Assembly: GCA_023819605.1 (NCBI GenBank)
Contig: JAMWCB010000003.1
Coordinates: 1-36,536 of the forward strand
DNA from: Candidatus Omnitrophota bacterium
Lineage (GTDB): Bacteria; Omnitrophota; Gorgyraeia; B26-G9
Direction of reading: 5' to 3'
Length of the DNA stretch: 36,536 nucleotides
Each line of letters begins with the position of its first letter. The stretch's first letter is position 1. Made by a program: the position numbers and the translations under genes. Below the pieces are notes generated by a model that was not told the DNA's origin, did not search any database, and saw nothing but the letters and a program-made list of their open reading frames with translations. This document shows, in pieces, positions 29,267 to 36,536 of this stretch.

Positions 29267-29779
29267 TTAACGTTTTTTATCGCCGATCGTCAGCCGAATA
29301 TCGTCGCGAATCGCTTCCAAATCCTCTTCATGCATAATCTCATCCTGGAGGATCTGCAACACCACATCATACGTCACCGGGTCGCGATCTTTCGTATAAT
29401 CGATCAATTTTTTATACACGCCGATCGCGCACTGTTCGCCTTTAATATTTTGCTCCAGCAACAGGCGCACATCCGGATCATTCGGGCGGTCGTAGCCGCA
29501 ATTCGTATACTTCATCCACTCCGCCGGCTCAAGCAAGGGCGTGCCGCCTAATTGAATAATCCGGGTCGCGACCATACCGGCATGGCGCAACTCGTCCGCG
29601 GCGTGCTGCGTCAATTCCGCGACGACCGCTTCCCGCGGAATACCGCGCGCGACCTGCGCGCCGATCCAATATTGATAGTATGCCAGCCATTCATCGGCAA
29701 ACGCCCGGTTCAACAACGCAATCAATTCTTCGACATTGACGCCAAGACTTTCCAACAACGCTCTTCCTTTGGTACCCAT
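29267..29779 (-). CDS. DPS-like (DpsL-type) ferritin-family protein
   Basis: AFADEWLAYYQYW, DELRHA, RIIQLGG, GEQCAI, DEIMHE. Confidence 0.88.
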   Translation of the reverse strand: MGTKGRALLESLGVNVEELIALLNRAFADEWLAYYQYWIGAQVARGIPREAVVAELTQHAADELRHAGMVATRIIQLGGTPLLEPAEWMKYTNCGYDRPNDPDVRLLLEQNIKGEQCAIGVYKKLIDYTKDRDPVTYDVVLQILQDEIMHEEDLEAIRDDIRLTIGDKKR

Positions 29780-29793
29780 GGCCTCTTCCTCCG

Positions 29794-29931
29794 TTATACC
29801 GGTTCAAACTGATCTTTGCCGACGCCGCATTCCGGACATACCCAGTCCGCCGGCAGATCGGCAAACGCGACGTTGTTGTTTTCCGCCGGATCATACACGT
29901 ACCCGCATACCACGCATCGATACTTCTTCAT
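29794..29931 (-). CDS. Rubredoxin, short 45-aa form
   Basis: [32 protein letters not shown]; GAGGAGG RBS. Confidence 0.95.
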   Translation of the reverse strand: MKKYRCVVCGYVYDPAENNNVAFADLPADWVCPECGVGKDQFEPV

Positions 29932-29959
29932 CCGTTGATTCCTCCTCTTCAGCGTCCGC

Positions 29960-30283
29960 TCATTTCGGCAAATACGGCCGGACGATCTGCGCCAGCTTAT
30001 CCTTCGACTGCGCGCCGACGTTCTGGGTAACCACGTTCCCTTTATCAAAAACCATCAGCGTCGGGATGCTCATCACGCCGTACTGCGAAGCGATCTCCGC
30101 CGCCTCGTCGACATTTAACTTGCCCACTTTCAATTTTCCCGCGTATTCCCGGGAAAGTTCGTCGATGGTCGGCGAGAGCATACGGCAGGGGCCGCACCAT
30201 TCCGCCCAAAAATCGACCAGCACCGGCAGAGATGATTGAATCACTTCTTTTTCAAAATTTTCCGTCGTCAGCGTAACTGCCAT
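29960..30283 (-). CDS. trxA: Thioredoxin
   Basis: [18 protein letters not shown]. Confidence 0.96.
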   Translation of the reverse strand: MAVTLTTENFEKEVIQSSLPVLVDFWAEWCGPCRMLSPTIDELSREYAGKLKVGKLNVDEAAEIASQYGVMSIPTLMVFDKGNVVTQNVGAQSKDKLAQIVRPYLPK

Positions 30284-30338
30284 ACCCGACTCCTTTCTCT
30301 ACAAAACAGCGCGTTTCCGGCGCTGTTCGCGGTCAATG

Positions 30339-30833
30339 TCAATCGTCTTCGCCTCGCTTCGCCAATTGCCGGTCAATCATCAACAGCGCCGCCGAATCCG
30401 GTTTAACGCGCTTGAGCATCGCCACAATATCCGCGGCATTTTTCTCCTCTTCCACCTGCTCGCTGACAAACCATTGCAGAAAGACTTCTGCCGCCGGATC
30501 CGCGGTTTCCCGCGCCAATGCGTATAATTTATGAATTAAGGACGTTACTTTCGCTTCATGCGCCCGCACCTGTTCAAACAATTCCAAAGCCGAGCCGAAT
30601 TCCGCCGGCGGCTCGCCGATAGCTTTCAGCGCCACCGCCTGGCCGCAATCGTTAAGATAGGCAAATAATTTCATACCGTGTTCCGTCTCTTCTTTTGCCT
30701 GCGCTTGCAGCCAATGCGCCATGCCCGGCAAATCCTGGGTTTCCGCCCAGGCGGACATCGCTAAATAAAGATACGCGGAGTAAAACTCATGATTGATCTG
30801 CTCGTTAAACGCTTTCGCTAATTTTTTTTCCAT
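30339..30833 (-). CDS. ftnA: Non-heme ferritin
   Basis: NEQINHEFYSAYLYLAMS, EETEH, FLQWFVSEQVEEE. Confidence 0.94.
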   Translation of the reverse strand: MEKKLAKAFNEQINHEFYSAYLYLAMSAWAETQDLPGMAHWLQAQAKEETEHGMKLFAYLNDCGQAVALKAIGEPPAEFGSALELFEQVRAHEAKVTSLIHKLYALARETADPAAEVFLQWFVSEQVEEEKNAADIVAMLKRVKPDSAALLMIDRQLAKRGEDD

Positions 30834-30859
30834 ATGCTCCGACTCCTGTGTTGAACTGG

Positions 30860-31255
30860 TTATACAACGGTAATTTCTTTCGCATTCTCCCACGCCCCGT
30901 GAATATTGCAATACCCGCCGGCCAGCAAGACCCCGGATTTTTCCGTTTTCAGAGAAAAGACGGCGACGGGCTGCGTGAACACCGTACTCGTATCCGGCCC
31001 CTGGATCGATGCGCCGTGGCTGGAAAATTCACAACGGCCGATCTGATACGGAAACTTCTCCCCGTTCGGTAAAAAATACAATTCTACCGCCGCGATGTGA
31101 TGCGCGGCAGTGTTCGGATGCGCGATCTGTTTGCCGACGCTGACCGTTACCGTTACTGCCTCGCCTTTTTTCAGCGTATCCGCGCACTCGATGACCGGAA
31201 CGTGTTTTTCCGCTTTCCAATCCGCCGACTGATAAAGATCTTTCATCATTGCCAT
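30860..31255 (-). CDS. Superoxide reductase, 1Fe neelaredoxin type
   Basis: EKHVP, HPNTAAHHI, CNIHG; no desulforedoxin domain. Confidence 0.94.
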   Translation of the reverse strand: MAMMKDLYQSADWKAEKHVPVIECADTLKKGEAVTVTVSVGKQIAHPNTAAHHIAAVELYFLPNGEKFPYQIGRCEFSSHGASIQGPDTSTVFTQPVAVFSLKTEKSGVLLAGGYCNIHGAWENAKEITVV

Positions 31256-31279
31256 GGAACGACCTCCTCGCCTCATCGG

Positions 31280-31792
31280 TTAAAACGATTTAAACACCGC
31301 CCGTTTCGCGCCGCATACCGGACAAAATTCCGGCGCTTCGCCCTCCACGGTGAACCCGCAGACCGGGCAAATATACATTGCGTTGAGCTTGATATCTTTG
31401 CCGTCGGCGGCGGCCTGCTTTGCCTGCTGATACATTTCCCGATGGATTTTTTCCGCCTCCAAGGCATAATGCGTTGATTTTTCCGCTTCTTTTTCCTGCT
31501 GGAACTGCGCGGCGTTTTTATACACCGGATACATTTCCTGCACCTCGAAATCTTCGCCGCCGATAGCCACTTCAAGATTTTCCACCGTCTTCTTGATGCC
31601 GGCTAAAACGCGCAAATGGTTCGTAGCGTGCACCTGCTCGGCATACGCGATCGCCCGGAACATGCGGGCGATGTTCGGCTTGCCTTCGCGCTCGGCGGCG
31701 TCGGCAAAAATCTGATATTTCATGTGCGCCTGCGATTCACCGGCAAACGCATTTTTTAAAAACTCCTCGGTCATTTTGTGCAGATGGTGCAT
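31280..31792 (-). CDS. rbr: Rubrerythrin
   Basis: AFAGESQA, EQVHA, EKIH, C-terminal CPVCG..CPVCG. Confidence 0.95.
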   Translation of the reverse strand: MHHLHKMTEEFLKNAFAGESQAHMKYQIFADAAEREGKPNIARMFRAIAYAEQVHATNHLRVLAGIKKTVENLEVAIGGEDFEVQEMYPVYKNAAQFQQEKEAEKSTHYALEAEKIHREMYQQAKQAAADGKDIKLNAMYICPVCGFTVEGEAPEFCPVCGAKRAVFKSF

Positions 31793-31839
31793 GCCTTCCT
31801 CCTTTGTTCTTTCCCTGCCTGCCCAGCGGCCGCGCCGGT

Positions 31840-32556
31840 TCATTCATAACCGGTAAACATTTCGGTTTTGAGCAAATCCGCCGGACAGCCGGCTTCCTGA
31901 CAAATGCTCTTCATCGCCGCGACCATCGTCGGCGGCCCGAAAATAAACACCTGCCGCCGGCGGCAATCGGCAACTTCTTTTTGCAGCACCGCCAAATCCA
32001 AATAGCCGTGAATACAGGCAAAATCACGCGGCCGGCACTGCGTCATCATATGGACGACGCGCAGATTTTCCCATTGCGCGTCCCAGGCGGTCAATTCCGC
32101 GCGAAAGGCTATTTCTTCGACGAAACGGTTGGAATAAAGCAGCACTGCGTCCGGCTTCAAGTTCCGGTCGCCGAGGTATTCGAGCATCGAAATCACCGGC
32201 GTAATACCGATGCCGCCGACGATAAACGCGATTTCGCGAAACTCATCCTGAAACACGCACGTGCCGAACGGCCCGTCGAACTGAACACAGCCGCCGGGCT
32301 GTAACTGCCGCAGCCGCCCGGAAAAGGAACTTTCGCTCAACCGCTTGGTAACGTCAAAATAATCCCGTTGCGGCGAAGACGAAAACGACAGATATTTGTT
32401 CAAATCACGATTTTTCCGGTTTTCCGGATCAAATAAGGCCGCGGTAAACTGGCCGGGACGAAACGCCACGCGTCCGCGTTCCGGAAGAAAACGGAACGTT
32501 TCCACCGAGGGCGTGCGCGGAATCCGCTCAATCAGTTTTGCGGTAAAGTACGGCAT
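31840..32556 (-). CDS. FNR-family FAD/NAD(P)H oxidoreductase
   Basis: FRPGQF, KYLSFSSSP, DGPFG, GGIGITP, LYSNR, FGPP. Confidence 0.88.
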   Translation of the reverse strand: MPYFTAKLIERIPRTPSVETFRFLPERGRVAFRPGQFTAALFDPENRKNRDLNKYLSFSSSPQRDYFDVTKRLSESSFSGRLRQLQPGGCVQFDGPFGTCVFQDEFREIAFIVGGIGITPVISMLEYLGDRNLKPDAVLLYSNRFVEEIAFRAELTAWDAQWENLRVVHMMTQCRPRDFACIHGYLDLAVLQKEVADCRRRQVFIFGPPTMVAAMKSICQEAGCPADLLKTEMFTGYE

Positions 32557-33011
32557 TATTTTCTCCTCACACCCGTTCTATCCGGTTTTTTTAATTCCCC
32601 GGAGACCGACTCGCGACAGCGGCGGCAGATGCCGTAAAAACAGCTGGAAAATTGTTCGATCCGGTGGCCTTCGATTTCACGGTCGCGCAGCGGCGGACAC
32701 GGATGCATCATTACATCAAAAATAGAATCACACGCGCGACAATAAAAATGATGGTGGGAATCCGTTCCAAGCTCAAACCGTGCCGTCAACGCGGCTGTCC
32801 GTAACTCGCGCACGACACCCTGCTTTTTCAGCAATTCCAACGTTGTATATACCGTCGCAAAGGACATGTGCGGCAACGACTGTTTTATTCTGCCATAGAT
32901 TTCTTCCGCCGTCAAATGCTTCTTCGCCGCGGCCAATACTGCATATACGGCTAAGCGCTGGGGCGTGATGCGCAAGCGTTTTTCTTGAAATACATCCACT
33001 GCTTCCCGCAT
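32556..33011 (-). CDS. Fur-family regulator, PerR-like
   Basis: RITPQR, HLTAEEIY, SFATVYTTL, HHHFYCRAC, GICRRC; first gene of the oxidative-stress operon. Confidence 0.92.
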   Translation of the reverse strand: MREAVDVFQEKRLRITPQRLAVYAVLAAAKKHLTAEEIYGRIKQSLPHMSFATVYTTLELLKKQGVVRELRTAALTARFELGTDSHHHFYCRACDSIFDVMMHPCPPLRDREIEGHRIEQFSSCFYGICRRCRESVSGELKKPDRTGVRRK

Positions 33012-33070
33012 CTGCTCCTCATGCTCCGCACATTTTCCCCTTGATCATCGATTCGGGATATCACCGGTGT

Positions 33071-33129
33071 ATCATAACACCACCGGATGTCATTGTCAAT
33101 AATAATTATTACAAAATAATTATTATTGA
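33071..33129 (-). promoter_or_regulatory. Promoter and Fur/Per-like double operator of the oxidative-stress operon
   Basis: TTGACA-17 nt-TATGAT (with extended TG); perfect inverted repeat TCAATAATAATTATT-ACAA-AATAATTATTATTGA at 33096-33129 overlapping the -35. Confidence 0.8.
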
Positions 33130-33146
33130 TTTAATTCGGCCTATTG

Positions 33147-33180
33147 CTGCCGTGCTTTTTCAGCACGGCAGTTTTTTTTT
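33147..33180 (+). terminator. Intrinsic terminator, plus-strand polarity
   Basis: CTGCCGTGCT-TTTTC-AGCACGGCAG-TTTTTTTTT. Confidence 0.7.
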
Positions 33181-33352
33181 GTCCGTATGACCGTTTCCAC
33201 AATGCGGGATTGTGGAAACGGTCGCGCTCTTGCTCTTCGCGTCTTTCGTCCGTCATCCTTTGGTCTTTGCAGTATTCAGTTTTTTGTTTTTTCGTCCGTC
33301 GTCTCTCATCCATCGGTTTTTGCGGCCTGTAACTTGCAGCTGGCAGCGATTC

Positions 33353-34834
33353 TTATGCGGGAATCGTGCGCTCGGCCGCCCACTGGCGCAACGCCAAAAT
33401 TTCTTCGGCTTTAAGTATCGACAGCGGTTTCGTTTGGTTCATTTGATTTAAAATATGCGCCGGTGTTAAATCTTGCTTATCCGCGTGCGTGCGATACAGC
33501 GCCGCAATAATCACCTGTTCGATTTCCGCGCCGCTGAAGCCATCGGCAGCCCGCGCCAGCGCCGCGCAATTAAACGCTGCCGCGTGATAGCCGCGCTTAG
33601 CCAAATGAATGCGAAAGAGCTCTTCCCGGACCAGGGGATCCGGCAAATCGACAAAAAATATTTCATCAAAACGCCCCTTGCGTAAAAATTCCGGAGGCAG
33701 CCGAGAAATGTCGTTGGCCGTGGCCGCCACGAAACACCGTACCGTACGTTCCTGCATCCACGTCAAAAAAGTGCCCAGCAGCCGCTGGGATACGCCGCCA
33801 TCCTGTTCCGCGTTGGAAGCGGCAAAGGCTTTTTCAATTTCATCAATCCACAAACACAGCGGCGCGAGTTTTTCCATAACGGACAAGGCCTTGCGCAAAT
33901 TCTGTTCCGTTTCGCCGATATATTTACTGTACAATCTCCCTAAATCCAAACGGTACAACGGCACATGAAGCTGAGCGGCAATACACCGCACCGCCAGGCT
34001 TTTCCCGCACCCCTGCACCCCCATCAGTAACACACCTTTGGGGGCTGGCAGGCCGGGGGCGTTCTGCTTACCGACAAAAATCGCCTGTCGTTCCGCCACC
34101 CACCGCTTCAGGCGGGAAAAGCCGGCCAACGTATCTTCCTGGGCCATGCAAAATTCAAGCAAGCCCTCCTGATCGAAAAGAGTTTTCTTGCGTTCGATGA
34201 TTTTTGTAAAATCATGACCATCAAACATTCCGTCATCGAGCAGGCAATACGTGACCACGGAACGAACCTGCTGTACCGTCAAACCGCGCAGCAACGCCGC
34301 GGCTGAGGCTAAATCCGAATCCTTTACTCCCAGCCTGCCGCCGCGCGGCGATTCCCGCAACGTCTGCCGGATAAGCTCGCCGATCTCCGCTTCCGCCGGG
34401 TAACCGCCGACAATGCGCGCCGTATCCGCTTCAATTTCCCGCGGAATCACGGCGTCCGTACCGAGCAAAACCACGGTATCGCGCCGGCCTTTCACGGCGC
34501 TGATAAGATCTTTAAATAACCGCAACACCAACCCATCGGTCAGGTAACGCGCCAAATCCTTTAAAACATACAACCCCGGGGCGCCGGAAGCCTCGCCGCG
34601 CAACAGATAGATCAGCATATTTAACATCCGGGCCGGTTCTTTCGTTTGATAAAAAACCCCTTCCTGCCCGCTGCGCCGCAACCCCTCCGTCACTGACCAC
34701 TGAAAAAAAATCAAGCCTAACTGCGCCGCCACGCCTGCCAACTGGCGCAGCGAATAATCTTCATCCGGCGAATCCACAACCACAACCGGATAGTTCGATT
34801 GTATCAATAGCGCGATATCTTCCTCACAACGCAT
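33353..34834 (-). CDS. AAA+ ATPase, Ycf46-like
   Basis: PAPKGVLLMGVQGCGKS, LWIDEIEK, FLTWMQE, LPPEFLRKGRFDEIFFVDLP; GAGGAGG RBS before ATG 34834. Confidence 0.92.
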   Translation of the reverse strand: MRCEEDIALLIQSNYPVVVVDSPDEDYSLRQLAGVAAQLGLIFFQWSVTEGLRRSGQEGVFYQTKEPARMLNMLIYLLRGEASGAPGLYVLKDLARYLTDGLVLRLFKDLISAVKGRRDTVVLLGTDAVIPREIEADTARIVGGYPAEAEIGELIRQTLRESPRGGRLGVKDSDLASAAALLRGLTVQQVRSVVTYCLLDDGMFDGHDFTKIIERKKTLFDQEGLLEFCMAQEDTLAGFSRLKRWVAERQAIFVGKQNAPGLPAPKGVLLMGVQGCGKSLAVRCIAAQLHVPLYRLDLGRLYSKYIGETEQNLRKALSVMEKLAPLCLWIDEIEKAFAASNAEQDGGVSQRLLGTFLTWMQERTVRCFVAATANDISRLPPEFLRKGRFDEIFFVDLPDPLVREELFRIHLAKRGYHAAAFNCAALARAADGFSGAEIEQVIIAALYRTHADKQDLTPAHILNQMNQTKPLSILKAEEILALRQWAAERTIPA

Positions 34835-34867
34835 CCTCGCCTCCTCGCCGCGCACTGCCGCACATCC

Positions 34868-36475
34868 TTATGACTCTGACGCACCTGCCGGTAAAACGAG
34901 CGTAACCGTTGTTCCCTGGCCCGGCAGCGATTCCACCTCTACCGTACCCCGGTGCAATTGCGCGATTTCTTTCACAATCGACAACCCCAAACCGGCCCCC
35001 TGCGGATTTTTCCGGCGGACAGACGCGCTGCCGACTCTTTTAAACGGAATAAACAAAGCGTCTAAATCTTCGGCGGCAATACCACAGCCGGTATCCTGCA
35101 CACTGATCCGAATCATCTGCTCCCGGCAACGCGTTCGCAACGTAATCCTTCCGGTTTCAGTGAATTTGAACGCATTATTCACCAGATTAGTCACCGCTTC
35201 CACGATACGATCATGATCGAATGACAATAACGGCAGCGATTCCGCCAAATCCAAAACAAAATTGACCCGCGTGGCCAACGGCACCATTACCGTATACACT
35301 TCCCGCACGGCTTCATTAATGTTCGCCTGCTGCGCGGACAACAAATTCTCACCGCGGTGTATTTTTTGCAGCGACAAAACTTCATGGGCCAAGCGTTGCA
35401 GCCGGTCGGCATTCTTTACCGCAATCAAGAGGAATTCCTTCTGTTCCGGGGACAAAACTGTCGCGGACTCTTCGATCACCAGGGCAATACCCTCGCGCAA
35501 CGCGGTCAGCGGCGTACGCAGTTCGTGGGAGATGAACGCATTCAACTGCGCTTTCAACGCAATCGCCTCCTGCATTTTTTTCTCTGCCTGCCGGCGCGCG
35601 GTAATATCGACAACGCTGCCGCGGGTATTGATTAGCCGCCCCTGCTCATCATAACGCGCCGAAGCGTTTAACAGCACCTCCACCCGCGCTCCCTGCCGGG
35701 TAGCCACGGTATATTCCAAATTATGCACAACCCCGTGCCGCAGAATTTGCTGCCAATGCGCTTCAAACTGAGCGCGCTGCTCCGGCACGATCAAATCCGG
35801 CCACATTTTTTTGCCGACAATTTCTTCCCGCGCATACCCGAGCATCTGCAATTCCGCTTCATTAATATCAATGATCACCCGATCCGGGCCGAAAATATGA
35901 AACCCGACGGCGGCATGCATAAAAAAATCGCGAAAATATTCCTCGCTGCGGCGCAACGCCGCTTCCATACGCATGCGTTCGGTAATATCCCGGCTTACAT
36001 GTACAAACCGCGCGATCTCCCCCGTTTCCTCACGCAACGGATAAACTTTAATTTCAACATAATGCTCGTTGCCCTGCAAATCAATATGACGGTGCGTCGC
36101 GCTTGCCGGTTCGCCACGGCTCAACGCGGCTTGCACCGGGCAGCGATCGTCCGGAGATGAGCACGGTTCCGATAAATGGTGGGTTGTCGCATAACAATAC
36201 CGGCCGAGCAGTTCCGTCAACGGAACACCGGCCTCGGCGGCCGCTACCGGATTTGCCCAAATAATCTTGAAATTGCGGTCAATAAGCAAGACTCCTTCGG
36301 CAATGCCTTCCGCCACCGCCCGCAACAGGTGCGTCGAATCGCGCAACAGCGCCTGATCCTCCTCGCAGAGCTGATGTTTCCTTTCCAATTCCGCAAGCTG
36401 CCGGCGTAAGGCCGCCGCCTCTGCCTGCAATTCTGCCGTTTTCTGATTGCGCACCCGAACCTCCTCGCCACGCAT
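34868..36475 (-). CDS. Soluble PAS-PAS sensor histidine kinase
   Basis: N-terminal coiled coil, two PAS/PAC domains (RDITER, VDITAR), SHELRTPL, NLVNNAFKFT, DTGCGI, GAGLGL; no membrane segment. Confidence 0.94.
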   Translation of the reverse strand: MRGEEVRVRNQKTAELQAEAAALRRQLAELERKHQLCEEDQALLRDSTHLLRAVAEGIAEGVLLIDRNFKIIWANPVAAAEAGVPLTELLGRYCYATTHHLSEPCSSPDDRCPVQAALSRGEPASATHRHIDLQGNEHYVEIKVYPLREETGEIARFVHVSRDITERMRMEAALRRSEEYFRDFFMHAAVGFHIFGPDRVIIDINEAELQMLGYAREEIVGKKMWPDLIVPEQRAQFEAHWQQILRHGVVHNLEYTVATRQGARVEVLLNASARYDEQGRLINTRGSVVDITARRQAEKKMQEAIALKAQLNAFISHELRTPLTALREGIALVIEESATVLSPEQKEFLLIAVKNADRLQRLAHEVLSLQKIHRGENLLSAQQANINEAVREVYTVMVPLATRVNFVLDLAESLPLLSFDHDRIVEAVTNLVNNAFKFTETGRITLRTRCREQMIRISVQDTGCGIAAEDLDALFIPFKRVGSASVRRKNPQGAGLGLSIVKEIAQLHRGTVEVESLPGQGTTVTLVLPAGASES

Positions 36476-36536
36476 CGTTTTATAACGCAGTGCACCTCTT
36501 TCTGCATTATAATAATTTTTTCGGCAAAAAACTATA

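Noticed and set aside
34835-36475. Shared MRGEE start in the ATPase and kinase ORFs
   Set aside because: Simply the GAGGAGG Shine-Dalgarno sequence translated upstream of the likely starts.
1-36536. CRISPR arrays, tRNA/rRNA, IS, integrase or prophage genes
   Set aside because: No spaced repeats, RNA gene signatures or recombinase/transposase motifs seen.

Overview
Bacterial chromosomal window, GC-rich and coded almost entirely on the minus strand. The gene content suggests an anaerobe with an outer membrane (a PVC/Omnitrophota-like lineage is an inference). Left to right: (1) a large secreted beta-helix/CBM32/FN3/PA14-repeat protein that runs off the left edge (absent from the ORF track), preceded by a perfect sigma70 promoter and a structured leader with an attenuator; (2) MFS transporter, exported GH38, site-2 protease, TPR protein and lipoprotein; (3) a collapsed toxin-antitoxin relic; (4) an uncharacterised KamA + two ATP-grasp ligases + GNAT cassette; (5) SulP; (6) a trehalose operon (membrane-sensor-fused OtsA, OtsB, DUF5752-like, TreT) behind a candidate Na+ (DUF1646-type) riboswitch; (7) suhB, a LolA-like/TlpA fusion, an RNase Z-like enzyme and an orphan GroES; (8) an 11-gene Fur/PerR-headed oxidative-stress operon; (9) an AAA ATPase and a PAS histidine kinase. 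The only two plus-strand genes encode signal-peptide proteins sharing short N- and C-terminal motifs; one carries an anti-sigma-kinase-like domain interrupted by an in-frame TAG. All calls come from reading the sequence by eye; no searches were run.
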